Positions 29,025 through 40,078 are shown, numbered from the stretch's first letter. The stretch: 64,000 nucleotides of DNA from an uncultured Gammaproteobacteria bacterium (GCA_964531625.1 CAZHEL010000002.1:87559-151558), one strand, 5' to 3'. Numbers and translations are program-made. Notes: a model not told the origin generated them from the letters alone.

Positions 29025-30713
29025 ATGGCCTTAAAAGAACTCTCGATTCGCAATTTTGCGATTATCAAACAATTAGAAATAGAAATGGATGACGGCTTTA
29101 CCGTTGTGACGGGTGAAACTGGCGCGGGTAAATCTATTGTGCTTGATGCCTTAAATCTATTGCTTGGCTCAAGAGCTGAAGCAGATATGATCCGTCATCA
29201 AGAAGATAAATGCGACATAACCGCCCTGTTTGATATTAAAGGTATGAGCAATGTTAAACACTGGCTAGAAGAACGCGATTTGTCATCGAGCGAACCAAAT
29301 GAATGTTTAGTACGCCGTATTATGCGCAGGGGCAAACCTACCAAATGCTACGTTAATGACCAAGCCACCACCTTAGCATCGGCAAAAAGCCTAGGACTTA
29401 TGTTGGTTGATTTACATGGTCAACACGAACACCAATCCTTGCTGCGCAAAACTACCCAACGAGAAATCATTGATCAGTTTGCCGAACATGATGATGAGCT
29501 AACTCTAATGGCCTCAGTGGTGGCTCAGATAAAACGCATTGAAGAAGAATTAGACAACGCGAACACAGATCAGTCAGACACTATTAAACGAATGGAGCTA
29601 CTGTCGTTTCAACTATCTGAGTTAAATGAAGTGAGCGTGTTTGATGGTGAGTTCGAAGAACTAGAAACCGAATATGCTCGGCTGAACAATGCGCAAGAAC
29701 TAATCGACGGAATTAAACTTGGCGTCGATGGTTTATTTCATAACGAAAGTTCCAATATTACTTCTGAACTCGGCAAGCAGATAAATCAGCTTAGTGAATT
29801 GCTAGAGTTCGATAATACGCTACAACCCGCTAGCGACTTACTCAACTCAGCACTGGCACAAGTTGAAGAATCGCAAACAATCTTAGAATCAGCACTAGCT
29901 AAGATTCAACAAGATCCAGAACGTTTGCTAGAGGCTGAAAAGCGCCGCGACACGCTAATTAATTTAGCTCGCAAACATCGCTGCCCTGAAAACGAACTAC
30001 CAGCGATACACAACGCCCTGCGAACTGAATACCAAAGACTCGAAAACAAACATAGCGACCCAGAAAAACTACAGCAACAACTGGATGATCTTGTTGCGCA
30101 CTATCAAAAGATAGCCTACAAGGTATCGGATAAACGCAGCAAAGTAGCGGAACAATTGTCCGATCAAATCTCGCTGCAAATGCAAGACTTAGGCATGCGT
30201 GGCGGGCGACTACAACTTAAAGTTGAACCCCGTATCGACGATAAATTGCATATCTCAGAACATGGTATAGATCATATCGAGTATTTGGTTAGCACTAACC
30301 ACGGTGTGCCGTTAAAACCATTAAACAAAACAGCATCGGGCGGCGAACTGTCGCGTATTAGTTTAGCGATACAAGTCATCACCAGTGAAAAATCCAATAC
30401 CCCCACCTTAGTATTTGATGAAGTTGATGTAGGTGTAGGCGGTAAAATCGCGCAAATCGTTGGCCGACGTTTAAAAAAATTGGGTAAAACCGCACAAGTA
30501 ATCTGTATCACTCATCTACCCCAAGTGGCGGCGCAAGGCGATCAACACGTGTTTATAGATAAGATCAGCACAGAATCCGAAACCTACTCGACACTCATTA
30601 ATCTAAACCAAGATATGCGCGCAGATGAAATAGCACGCATGCTGGGTGGCGATCAAATTACCGATAGAACTCGCGCGCACGCGCTAGAAATGCTCGGCAG
30701 TTCTGGTAAATAA
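29025..30713 (+). CDS. recN: DNA repair protein RecN
   Basis: LSIRNFAIIKQLEIEMDDGFTVVTGETGAGKS Walker A, a long coiled coil, and SGGELSRISLA...LVFDEVDVG. The ATG at 29025 is preferred over the track start at 28974. Confidence 0.93.
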   Translation: MALKELSIRNFAIIKQLEIEMDDGFTVVTGETGAGKSIVLDALNLLLGSRAEADMIRHQEDKCDITALFDIKGMSNVKHWLEERDLSSSEPNECLVRRIMRRGKPTKCYVNDQATTLASAKSLGLMLVDLHGQHEHQSLLRKTTQREIIDQFAEHDDELTLMASVVAQIKRIEEELDNANTDQSDTIKRMELLSFQLSELNEVSVFDGEFEELETEYARLNNAQELIDGIKLGVDGLFHNESSNITSELGKQINQLSELLEFDNTLQPASDLLNSALAQVEESQTILESALAKIQQDPERLLEAEKRRDTLINLARKHRCPENELPAIHNALRTEYQRLENKHSDPEKLQQQLDDLVAHYQKIAYKVSDKRSKVAEQLSDQISLQMQDLGMRGGRLQLKVEPRIDDKLHISEHGIDHIEYLVSTNHGVPLKPLNKTASGGELSRISLAIQVITSEKSNTPTLVFDEVDVGVGGKIAQIVGRRLKKLGKTAQVICITHLPQVAAQGDQHVFIDKISTESETYSTLINLNQDMRADEIARMLGGDQITDRTRAHALEMLGSSGK

Positions 30714-30727
30714 GAATAAACTCAGCC

Positions 30728-31201
30728 ATGACTAAAAGTGACTCGCTCATTCGATCTGCTGTAGCTGAAGACGTCGCTGGTATACAAAAATTGCTAAATC
30801 ATTATGCGGATATGGGCGCGCTGCTACCACGCACTAAAACCGACATCAGCGATAATTTAGAGCATTTCAAGCTTATAGAAGACAGCAATGAAATTATCGC
30901 TTGCGGCTCGCTTGAGCACTTTACAGATACGCTTGCAGAAATCCGTAGTTTAATGGTGTCGGCGGATAGCAAACGCAGTGGTTTAGGCCGTAAAATAGTT
31001 GAAAATTTATTAGTCACCGCTCAACAAAGAAAAGTGCAGCGAGTGATGGCGCTCACCTACGTGCCAGAGTTCTTTCATAAACTTGGCTTTAGAACTGTAA
31101 ATAAAGACATTTTTCCTGAGAAAATATGGGGAATTTGTGTAAACTGCTACAAGTTTCATAATTGTGATGAAATCGCAGTATTACGCGAATTTAAATACTA
31201 A
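30728..31201 (+). CDS. GNAT-family N-acetyltransferase
   Basis: 157 aa. The acetyl-CoA motif is RSGLGRKIVENLL; substrate unknown. Confidence 0.7.
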   Translation: MTKSDSLIRSAVAEDVAGIQKLLNHYADMGALLPRTKTDISDNLEHFKLIEDSNEIIACGSLEHFTDTLAEIRSLMVSADSKRSGLGRKIVENLLVTAQQRKVQRVMALTYVPEFFHKLGFRTVNKDIFPEKIWGICVNCYKFHNCDEIAVLREFKY

Positions 31202-31307
31202 TTTAGGTATTATTTAAGTGCTTTTTAAGCCGTGCTTTTTAGTGAGTACCACAGTATATTAATTTCATAAGTAACTACCAAAACAATCAAGCCGAATTCA
31301 AAAAAAC

Positions 31308-31835
31308 ATGAACTCGAAAAAAATTCTCATTTATAGTATTTGCGCTCTATTTCTAAGCGCCTGCATTAAGCCATTTCAACCAGATCTTCAGCAAGGCAAT
31401 ATTGTTAATAACAGCGACCTTAGAGAAATTCGCTACGGCATGAGCAAGCAGGAAGTATTGTTTATTTTGGGAACACCTATGGTTGTCGACCCGTTCAACG
31501 AATCTCGTTGGGACTATTTTTACTCAAAGCTCGATCAAGGCAAACGCGAAACTGATACTCGTTTAATTACGGCCATGTTCGACGGCGATAAACTAGTCAG
31601 TTTACAAGGCGATGTGAATCTTGAGAATGTAGAAAACCTTGAGCCAAGCACCGAAGACAAGCAACATGGTGGCACAGTTATCACCAAACCAACGCAAAAA
31701 CAAAAAGGCATACTAAATCGAGTTCTTAACCGTAAGCCAGTCGCTGAACGTCGCGTGGATCGAATAGAAAGACGATTAGAGAAAGAGGCAGCAAAAGAAG
31801 CGGCGGCGGCCGAAAAAGCCGCCAGCAAGAATTAG
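31308..31835 (+). CDS. bamE: outer membrane protein assembly factor BamE (SmpA/OmlA) with a Lys/Glu/Ala-rich tail
   Basis: Lipobox LSAC, then QGNIVNNSDLREIRYGMSKQEVLFILGTP...DPF...RWDYFY. Confidence 0.8.
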   Translation: MNSKKILIYSICALFLSACIKPFQPDLQQGNIVNNSDLREIRYGMSKQEVLFILGTPMVVDPFNESRWDYFYSKLDQGKRETDTRLITAMFDGDKLVSLQGDVNLENVENLEPSTEDKQHGGTVITKPTQKQKGILNRVLNRKPVAERRVDRIERRLEKEAAKEAAAAEKAASKN

Positions 31836-31995
31836 CACAGAGCTAAATTCATTAACTCAAAATCAAGTCACTTTAGTCCTTTAAACTGTCAACTCGAAAG
31901 CCATCACGATACTTATATACTACTGCCTAAATTATTTACTCACAAATTACATCTTAAATCCTGATTCAAGACCTGACCCTGTTTGTTAATAAATT

Positions 31996-33060
31996 ATGAG
32001 CTTCCCAACCAGTTTCTCCACTTCCTTAATCACCTTCCAAACTATTCTTCGAGTTTGTCTGATTGCCATAGGCGTGAATTTTTCGATCTCAACCAGTGCT
32101 ATGGCTCGAGCGGATGATTTTTCAGGCTTATACGAAGACTTGAGCCCTTCTGTGGTAACCGTATTGACAAAAGAACTGAAGGTGACAAATGGTGTGTCGA
32201 CTGCATTAGAAGGATTGGGGTCAGGCGTTATGATCTCAGATGATTTAATCCTAACTGCGTCGCATGTTATTGATACGGCTAATTTGATTATAGTTAAATT
32301 CAAGGATGAAGAAACAATTCGAGCCGATGTGGTTACTTCTATCAAGTCTGCCGACGTGGCGCTGATTAAATTACGTAGCCCAAAAAAAGGCAGTGTTGTT
32401 GCCAAAATTGGCAGCTCTAAAGCGGTCAAAGTTGGCGAACCCGTTTTTGTAATTGGTGCACCGTTCGGTATCGCGCACACTCTATCTATAGGCCATTTAT
32501 CTGGGCGTCACCATCGCGGTTTCATGGCCGTGGGGCAACCTATCGAATTCCTACAAACAGATACCTCGATCAACACCGGTAATTCGGGCGGCCCAATGTT
32601 TAATTCTAAAGGCGAGGTCATTGGCATTGTTAGTTTTATTTTGAGTAAAAGTGGCGGTTTTAATGGCATTGGGTTTGCAACCGCCATCGACGGTGTCAAA
32701 GAATCCGTACTCGAGGGACCCGCGTTCTGGACAGGTTTTGAGGGCGTTATGTTGAACTATCAAATGGCCAGAGCCTTAAATGTGCCGCAAGGTACGGGGA
32801 TGTTGATACAACATGTTGTTAAAGGCTCAGTGGCTGACAAAGCGGGTCTAAACGGCGGTGACACGCTCGCTAGAATAGAAGGTAGTTCTATCTGGATTGG
32901 CGGTGATATTGTGATGGAAATTCAGGGCACGATTTGCGACGGCCCGCATAATTTTAAAGCTATTAAAGATCAAATTAAGAATTTGAAGTCTGGAGAAGCA
33001 TTTATGATCAAAGTGCTTCGCAGTGGCAAAATAGTGGAATTAACTGCGATTAAAGATTGA
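31996..33060 (+). CDS. S1C trypsin-like serine protease with a single PDZ domain
   Basis: TASHV, D.ALIKL and GNSGGPMF catalytic-triad contexts, with a C-terminal PDZ-like block. Confidence 0.8.
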   Translation: MSFPTSFSTSLITFQTILRVCLIAIGVNFSISTSAMARADDFSGLYEDLSPSVVTVLTKELKVTNGVSTALEGLGSGVMISDDLILTASHVIDTANLIIVKFKDEETIRADVVTSIKSADVALIKLRSPKKGSVVAKIGSSKAVKVGEPVFVIGAPFGIAHTLSIGHLSGRHHRGFMAVGQPIEFLQTDTSINTGNSGGPMFNSKGEVIGIVSFILSKSGGFNGIGFATAIDGVKESVLEGPAFWTGFEGVMLNYQMARALNVPQGTGMLIQHVVKGSVADKAGLNGGDTLARIEGSSIWIGGDIVMEIQGTICDGPHNFKAIKDQIKNLKSGEAFMIKVLRSGKIVELTAIKD

Positions 33061-33162
33061 ACGCCAATATTTCTAAAGCACCCGCCTATTCCAATCTTAA
33101 TGGTCTAGACATTTCAAACTCCTTTTGAAAACTGATTTACTTCAACTAAATAGATCTGCAAA

Positions 33163-34215
33163 TTGAGCGCTCTTCTAATAACCATGCGTGACTGGTTCAT
33201 TACACATTATTCTGGCATTTTTCTAAGCATATTATTGGGCATTGCTGCCATGGCTATTTCGCTGCGATATTCGGCACCCGTGATGTTATTTGCGGTGTTA
33301 ATTGGGCTTGCATTACGGCCCTTGTATGATTCTGAAGCAATACAATCTGGCGTTAATTGGTGTGCTCGCCCCTTGCTGCTTACAGGCGTCGCCTTATTAG
33401 GGTTTAGAGTAGATTTAGGTATGATCTCAGATATAGGGTGGATGGTGCCTGCTATTGTATTATCTTGCTTGATATTAACAATTTTAGCTGGCTCTCTACT
33501 GGCTCGCTGGCTGGGATTGTCCTCACAATTTGGTGTATTGATAGGTGGGTCAGTAGCCATTTGCGGGGTGTCGGCAGCGGTCGCAATATCTTCTTCACTT
33601 CCCAAAAGCAAGACCACGGAACGAGAGTTAGCTCTAACCATTGCCGGAGTGACCGCCATGAGTACACTGGCGATGATTCTCTACCCTATTATCTCTGAGC
33701 TACTAAGTCATACAGATATGCAAGCCGGTGTTTTTATTGGTGCGTCAATTCATGATGTTGCTCAGGTAGTTGGTGCTGGATACTCTGTTTCTGAAGATGC
33801 TGGCGATACCGCAACCTTTGTAAAGTTAATACGTGTCTCTGGTCTTTTACCCGTAGTACTATTTATTGGGCTTCTTTATGGCGTGCGTACACATAATACT
33901 CAAGCTAGCGAATCAATTGTTACAAGCAACGAATCGAGCACTACATTAAGAAACGTATGGGGTTATTTCCCACCTTTTCTGATCGCCTATATGATTATCG
34001 CTTGCGTTAATAGCACGGGCTTCTTACCGAACTATGTTGTTGAATTTGGTATAGACTGCTCACGGTTTTTCCTAATTGTATCGCTGGTAGCCATAGGATT
34101 GAAAACAAATTTAAAAGATGTTGCTTCGGTTGGCCGCGAACCATTAATCACCCTCGTATTAACCACGGCGTTTATGGCAATGATCGCTTTGGGGGCTATT
34201 GCAATATTTTTCTAA
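33163..34215 (+). CDS. yeiH: YeiH/UPF0324-family inner membrane protein
   Basis: GSVAICGVSAAVA, GASIHDVAQVVGAG and a C-terminal AIGLKTN...G.EPL match E. coli YeiH blocks as I recall them. The track start is TTG at 33163; an ATG lies at 33184. Confidence 0.8.
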   Translation: MSALLITMRDWFITHYSGIFLSILLGIAAMAISLRYSAPVMLFAVLIGLALRPLYDSEAIQSGVNWCARPLLLTGVALLGFRVDLGMISDIGWMVPAIVLSCLILTILAGSLLARWLGLSSQFGVLIGGSVAICGVSAAVAISSSLPKSKTTERELALTIAGVTAMSTLAMILYPIISELLSHTDMQAGVFIGASIHDVAQVVGAGYSVSEDAGDTATFVKLIRVSGLLPVVLFIGLLYGVRTHNTQASESIVTSNESSTTLRNVWGYFPPFLIAYMIIACVNSTGFLPNYVVEFGIDCSRFFLIVSLVAIGLKTNLKDVASVGREPLITLVLTTAFMAMIALGAIAIFF

Positions 34216-34233
34216 ACACATTTTTCTGAAATA
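34206..34233 (+). repeat. 2 x 14-nt tandem duplication spanning the yeiH stop codon
   Basis: atttttctaaacac / atttttctgaaata. The first copy holds the TAA stop (34213-34215); the second carries TGA at the same offset. Confidence 0.6.
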
Positions 34234-34254
34234 GTTCCGCCCTAAAATACGTTG

Positions 34255-34290
34255 TTCTAAAAAAGCGGCATAGGTCTTAAACGCTATGCC
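34255..34290 (-). terminator. probable intrinsic terminator for minus-strand transcription (DUF3179 gene)
   Basis: The minus-strand RNA reads GGCAUAG-(10 nt)-CUAUGCC followed by GCUUUUUU. The plus strand has no U-tail. Confidence 0.45.
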
Positions 34291-34300
34291 ACATATAACG

Positions 34301-34706
34301 TTATGCATACTAATATCGAGGATAAACTATAATCGTCACAGCGGACAAAATTTCGAAAGGCTCCTATTTTAAGTTACTAATCACTTCAATATTTTTTGGC
34401 TTTTTTTTCTTCTTTCTGCTCTGCGGAATAGCTGCTATTTATGGCGCTCATACCGTTAGCTGGAATGGGAAGCCCGTGACAGGAATCAATGGTCTCTTTA
34501 CTGCGATTTTGATGTGGCCTTTTTTTAGCCTATTCTTTAGTTGCTTTTTGTGGGTCTTCGGTAGTTTTGGTCTCTGGCTTTATTCTTTTTACAAGCCATT
34601 GACCATAAGATTTAAAGGAAAAACAGAGTCGCAATTAACTGATGCATAACAAGGCAAAACACTGCCGCTTCGCTCGGACGCTGTACCAGCCCCCGTTTTC
34701 TTGGCG
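34301..34706 (+). mobile_element. putative orphan integron-type gene cassette (one ORF + attC-like site)
   Basis: Bounded by G|TTAT junctions. Its first 8 nt (TTATGCAT) are complementary to the R''-like ATGCATAA at its 3' end. See findings. Confidence 0.4.
34329..34649 (+). CDS. possible small two-TM membrane protein with no canonical start codon (cassette ORF, or pseudogenised)
   Basis: 106-codon open frame I translated myself: IIVTADKISKGSYFKLLITSIFFGFFFFFLLCGIAAIYGAHTVSWNGKPVTGINGLFTAILMWPFFSLFFSCFLWVFGSFGLWLYSFYKPLTIRFKGKTESQLTDA*. GAGGA lies 6 nt upstream of the ATA at 34329. The first ATG is only at codon ~62. Confidence 0.3.
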   Translation: MIVTADKISKGSYFKLLITSIFFGFFFFFLLCGIAAIYGAHTVSWNGKPVTGINGLFTAILMWPFFSLFFSCFLWVFGSFGLWLYSFYKPLTIRFKGKTESQLTDA

Positions 34707-34712
34707 TTATAT
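34642..34712 (+). other. attC-like recombination site candidate
   Basis: ATGCATAAC-AAGGC-AAAAC-(34 nt)-GTTTT-CTTGGC-GTTATAT. It has an R''/L''/L'/R' layout, a TAACAA... start and a ...GGCGTTA end. Confidence 0.4.
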
Positions 34713-34769
34713 TTACAAATAAATTATGCCCTCTGTAGAAGAATCATCGAAATATAAAGTGTTCAAGAA

Positions 34770-36161
34770 TCACTCAGATGCTTGATATAACTCACTCTTA
34801 GAGCCTAAGTAACCATCCCAGGCGAACCAGTAAGCGATATGGCCTGGTAAGCGAGGCAACTTTTCTTGATTAGGCCCGATTAGGGCAGCTTCGCTAATCT
34901 GCCAGTCTTGATTGCTACCTTTTATGCCTAGCTTACTTCCAGTTAAACCCAGTTTGCTGGCAGAGAAAACAAATTCACCTCGCTCATAAGCACGCACTGA
35001 TCGCTTGCTGCTATCACCGATCAAAACCACATTGGTAGCGCCCACTTTGTCATTGATCACAGGCTCTTTAACAAACGCGTTCAGTGGCCATGCTTTTGCC
35101 CCTCTTACGACACGAACACCAAACACATAGTCTTTTTGTCGTAGGCGAGATTGATCAGTGACCGCAGGAAACATAAGTTCTGGCGAAGCAAAATATTCTT
35201 TATAGGTAACACCTGAATCATAGTTTTTAATAAACCCGGTTTCTAAAGACAAAACCTTAGTGTTGGGATTGTCAGCCAGCCAATCACCCCAAGTGGTAAT
35301 TACCATCGGCCGAATTTTAAGTGCAATACCTGAATGCGCGAGTAGTCCAACAACGGGTTCACCGGTAAATTGATTCCAGAGGCTCTTGGTTTGTCGGTCA
35401 AACATGAGTTTATTGGACCGATACAGCAACCCTGAAGAACCAAACACGAACGGTTCTTTGCGCCCATCTAGCTGTGTTTCAAAAAGAATACCTGTTCCGC
35501 AAAGCGTGCAATAAGCCAATGATAAGGCTTCACCGCCTATCACGTCATTGACCATCTCATGCCAGCCCATAATGCGCAGCGGGTAGGCACGTACATCACC
35601 ATTGATTTGTACACCAAACACAAGATCGGTATCAAGCAGGTAATCTGCTTGCTGGGCTGCTATCAGGGTTGGATTGTCTAGCGCAGGAATACTGTCGACT
35701 AAGGCTCCGCCCCAAACAATTTCTTCAAAGCGAATACGCATCGAATCACGATTGTGAGTATCTTTAAAGAAATCTAAAAAGTTCGCGTCTATGCCCTGCC
35801 AATACCAGCGCTTTAAATCGTAATAACTGGCATGCGGCACAATCTCAGGATGCAACTGCTGATAGTTCATGGCGTCTCGCCATGTAGTCAATCGCTCATT
35901 GGTTAATGCGCGCAATGCGCGTTGCGTGGCAACGTGTTCTCCACCTATTCGCATCAACAATACTAGCGACGGAACCATGTCAGTATTATCTCGTGCGATT
36001 AGAGTTTCTACTGCAGCTTGTCGTTGTTCTTCTGTGCCAATTAAAATATTTTTGCTCAGTGCAAGCATGTCGATATTTTGTTTGGTGTATCCATGCGAAG
36101 AAGCGGCTAAGACAACTAGAAATAAACCGATAAAACCAATGCGTTTTAAATAAATAATCAA
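34770..36161 (-). CDS. DUF3179-domain protein with signal peptide
   Basis: 463 aa. GDVRAYPLRIMGWHEMVNDVIGGEALSLAYCTLCGTG is the DUF3179 core as I remember it. Confidence 0.75.
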   Translation of the reverse strand: MIIYLKRIGFIGLFLVVLAASSHGYTKQNIDMLALSKNILIGTEEQRQAAVETLIARDNTDMVPSLVLLMRIGGEHVATQRALRALTNERLTTWRDAMNYQQLHPEIVPHASYYDLKRWYWQGIDANFLDFFKDTHNRDSMRIRFEEIVWGGALVDSIPALDNPTLIAAQQADYLLDTDLVFGVQINGDVRAYPLRIMGWHEMVNDVIGGEALSLAYCTLCGTGILFETQLDGRKEPFVFGSSGLLYRSNKLMFDRQTKSLWNQFTGEPVVGLLAHSGIALKIRPMVITTWGDWLADNPNTKVLSLETGFIKNYDSGVTYKEYFASPELMFPAVTDQSRLRQKDYVFGVRVVRGAKAWPLNAFVKEPVINDKVGATNVVLIGDSSKRSVRAYERGEFVFSASKLGLTGSKLGIKGSNQDWQISEAALIGPNQEKLPRLPGHIAYWFAWDGYLGSKSELYQASE

Positions 36162-36249
36162 ACTAAATAGGACCTATTCACGAAATTCTAGTAGATGAGG
36201 AATGTGCTCCACCATACACCAAACAATACTTAACACACCCTGCTAGCAT

Positions 36250-36606
36250 TTACTTCTTTGTCTTTTTAGCCGCTGCTCGTATTGCGGCTGCATAGCCTTT
36301 ATTTGCCCAGATGTTCATTTCATCAGAATCTTCCAAGGCTTCTTCTGGGCATTGATAGTAAGACATCTTAAACTCTTTATCTTTTTTGTAGTAGGTGAAC
36401 GCTTCAAGCCCCATTTCAATAAAATCTTTTTCGCTATTAGCATCAACCTTAAGATAAAGTACTTTATCGGCCACTAGTCCAAACATCAGATCATTGAGAA
36501 ACAAGCCATGCCCGCCAAACATACTTTTAGCCCGCACCGGACCTACGGATTGCATAAGATCAACCAAATAGGCAGCAAATTCCTTGTCTTGTTTTGATAT
36601 CGGCAT
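36250..36606 (-). CDS. TfoX N-terminal-domain protein
   Basis: 118 aa. VRAKSMFGGHGLFLNDLMFGLVADKVLYLKVD is typical of TfoX_N; there is no C-terminal HhH domain. Confidence 0.7.
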   Translation of the reverse strand: MPISKQDKEFAAYLVDLMQSVGPVRAKSMFGGHGLFLNDLMFGLVADKVLYLKVDANSEKDFIEMGLEAFTYYKKDKEFKMSYYQCPEEALEDSDEMNIWANKGYAAAIRAAAKKTKK

Positions 36607-36643
36607 GTTAATTTATGTTAGCTAAGCGATCTCATTTGCTGAT

Positions 36644-37009
36644 TTATACCCAAACATTCCCTTCAGCGGTACGATCGCCACCCTCATCACCTGTGTTGAT
36701 TACCCCACGCGGTTCAATCAGCATTATTTTGCATTCGTTTTCTGCAAACGGTTTATGTTCAACGCCTTTAGGTACAACAAACAATTCTCCTTGCTTGAGT
36801 TCTACTTTTCCGTCCCTGAAATCGATACGCATTGAACCTTCTACGACCATAAACACTTCGTCTGTATCCTTGTGATCATGCCAGACAAAATCACCTTTAA
36901 TTTTCGCTAGTTTGAATTGATAGTCGTTCATTTCAGCGACGACCTTTGGCGACCAATGCTCTGAGAATTTCGAAAACTTATCGAGCAGGTTTATTGGTAA
37001 ATTCGACAT
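36644..37009 (-). CDS. cupin-domain protein
   Basis: 121 aa. The H.H...DE.F.V.EG...ELFVVPKGVEH pattern fits a cupin_2-like protein. Confidence 0.7.
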   Translation of the reverse strand: MSNLPINLLDKFSKFSEHWSPKVVAEMNDYQFKLAKIKGDFVWHDHKDTDEVFMVVEGSMRIDFRDGKVELKQGELFVVPKGVEHKPFAENECKIMLIEPRGVINTGDEGGDRTAEGNVWV

Positions 37010-37203
37010 CTGGTTTACTCCTATATATCAGCAATTTCAACAACATTCACACAAGACATTTGAATGCCGCTATACCTAAGATACCAGATAAACAACTAAG
37101 CGATGCTTTTTAATCAGACTGAAAATAAATATTAGCAATCTTGTTTGACGCTCACGCTGCTAGTTTTACCTCATTGGGTACTGCTATTTGAACAAGTTGC
37201 TCG

Positions 37204-38673
37204 TCACCCAACCATCCCTTTATTGTTGTTGGTGTTCTTTTTAGGCCCGTTGGGCTTGCGACGTTTTTTAAAATTAGCTTTGTTTTTGTGATTGCCTGTT
37301 TTGTTAGCTTCACCGTTAGCATTTTTTTGCTTCGATCCTTTTTTGGCAGTTTTCTTATTGCCTGATCGCGTTTTATTTCTTGGCTGTGACGGATTACGCC
37401 CTGATCCATTACGGTTACTTTTGCTATTGCTACTGTTATTGCTCTTACTCTTGCTATTACCACTGCGTTTCTTAGACTTTTTGGGCTTCTTCTTTTTGCG
37501 GTCACGAAAATCACCCCTGGATTCTGGCAACTGATTTTGTGGCTCATAACTATCCAGCATTTCACGTGGAATAGTCTTTTTAATAAGGCGTTCAATATCA
37601 CAAAGCTGTTTGAATTCGTCATGACTGACTAAGGAGATAGCTTCACCACTGGCGCCTGCCCGCCCTGTTCTACCAATTCTATGCACATAGTCTTCGGCTA
37701 CCTGCGGTAGGTCAAAGTTAACCACATGCGGCAGTTGGTCAATATCAATACCACGCGCGGCAATGTCGGTTGCTACTAGCACTCGAACTTTATTGTCCTT
37801 AAATTCAGCCAAGGCTCTCGTTCTGGCGCCTTGGCTTTTATTGCCATGAATAGCGGAAGCTTCAACACCGCGCGCTGTTAGTTGTTTGGCAAGTCGATTA
37901 GCGCCATGCTTGGTGCGCGAGAATACCAATACTTGAAACCAGTCATTGTCTTTAATCAAGCGAGTCAGTATTTGCGACTTATCTGATTTCTCAACCGCAA
38001 TTAGCTTTTGGCTTACCGTATCTACAGTACTGTTTGGTGGGCTAACAGACACTTCGACCGGTTTGTACACTATGCCCTTGGCTAACTGCCGAATTTCATC
38101 TGAAAACGTGGCTGAGAACAATAAGGTTTGGCGTTTTTTTGGCAGCAATTTGATGATGCGCCGAATATCGTGAATAAAGCCCATATCCAACATGCGATCG
38201 GCTTCGTCTAGAATCAATACTTCCAGTTTGTCGAACTGAATTGCATTTTGACTATGCAGATCAAGCAAGCGACCTGGCGTGGCGATTAAAATATCGACCC
38301 CGCCACGTAATCGCTGCATTTGTGGGTTTATTTTTACCCCGCCAAATACCACGGTAGATTTAATCTTTAGATTCTGCCCGTAAGTTTCAACACTTGCGGC
38401 GACTTGCGCTGCTAATTCACGTGTGGGAGTTAGTACCAAGCACCGCGCTTGGTTGCCCGCACCTTTGGGTTTCGGTGTAATACTTAAGCGATGCAATACC
38501 GGCAAAGTAAAACCGGCTGTTTTACCAGTACCGGTTTGCGCAGCAGCCATTACATCTTTACCTTGAATAACTTCAGGAATGGCTTTTTCCTGAATCGGTG
38601 ATGGACTGTCGTAACCTTGCAACTCGATAGCATCGAGCAAGGGTTTAGACAGACCTAAATCGGCAAAGTCCAT
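37204..38673 (-). CDS. rhlE: DEAD-box ATP-dependent RNA helicase RhlE with a long basic low-complexity tail
   Basis: Q motif, [21 protein letters not shown] and [10 protein letters not shown] motifs, then an ~110-aa K/N/S/R-rich C-terminus. Confidence 0.9.
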   Translation of the reverse strand: MDFADLGLSKPLLDAIELQGYDSPSPIQEKAIPEVIQGKDVMAAAQTGTGKTAGFTLPVLHRLSITPKPKGAGNQARCLVLTPTRELAAQVAASVETYGQNLKIKSTVVFGGVKINPQMQRLRGGVDILIATPGRLLDLHSQNAIQFDKLEVLILDEADRMLDMGFIHDIRRIIKLLPKKRQTLLFSATFSDEIRQLAKGIVYKPVEVSVSPPNSTVDTVSQKLIAVEKSDKSQILTRLIKDNDWFQVLVFSRTKHGANRLAKQLTARGVEASAIHGNKSQGARTRALAEFKDNKVRVLVATDIAARGIDIDQLPHVVNFDLPQVAEDYVHRIGRTGRAGASGEAISLVSHDEFKQLCDIERLIKKTIPREMLDSYEPQNQLPESRGDFRDRKKKKPKKSKKRSGNSKSKSNNSSNSKSNRNGSGRNPSQPRNKTRSGNKKTAKKGSKQKNANGEANKTGNHKNKANFKKRRKPNGPKKNTNNNKGMVG

Positions 38674-38785
38674 ATTATTTTTTTTCGCGTTAACACGCGG
38701 CGCAGACTACCTTAAAGAAGTAGCGAATGCTATGCGATATGGCCAATAAACCACGAGCAGCGGTTATAGACTTGCGATTACAACG

Positions 38786-40078
<1,293 letters not shown>

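Noticed and set aside
31986-32480. 164-aa ORF on the minus strand opposite the S1C protease gene
   Set aside because: It is fully antisense to a CDS with clear protease motifs, has a low-complexity composition and no recognisable motifs. It is a shadow ORF.
33207-33659. 150-aa minus-strand ORF (and the 33438-33698 / 33452-33667 ORFs) inside yeiH
   Set aside because: They are antisense or alternative frames of a well-supported membrane protein gene and have no independent signals.
34284-34311. dif/Xer-type site at the left cassette junction (TTATGCATAC resembles a XerC arm)
   Set aside because: With a 6-nt central region the opposite arm matches the dif consensus poorly. No second dif-like site bounds the segment. 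The attC-type geometry explains all four repeat elements better.
37152-37622. 156-aa alternative-frame ORF, and the 37292-37534 plus-strand ORF with a poly-Leu run
   Set aside because: Both read across the repetitive K/N/S-rich tail of rhlE. The open frames and poly-Leu are by-products of AAG/AAC/AGC-rich low-complexity coding sequence.
38674-38700. T8 run plus the cgcgt/acgcg hairpin between eno and rhlE as a terminator
   Set aside because: The U-tract precedes the hairpin on the plus strand, and an A-tract follows it on the minus strand. The geometry is wrong for an intrinsic terminator in either direction.
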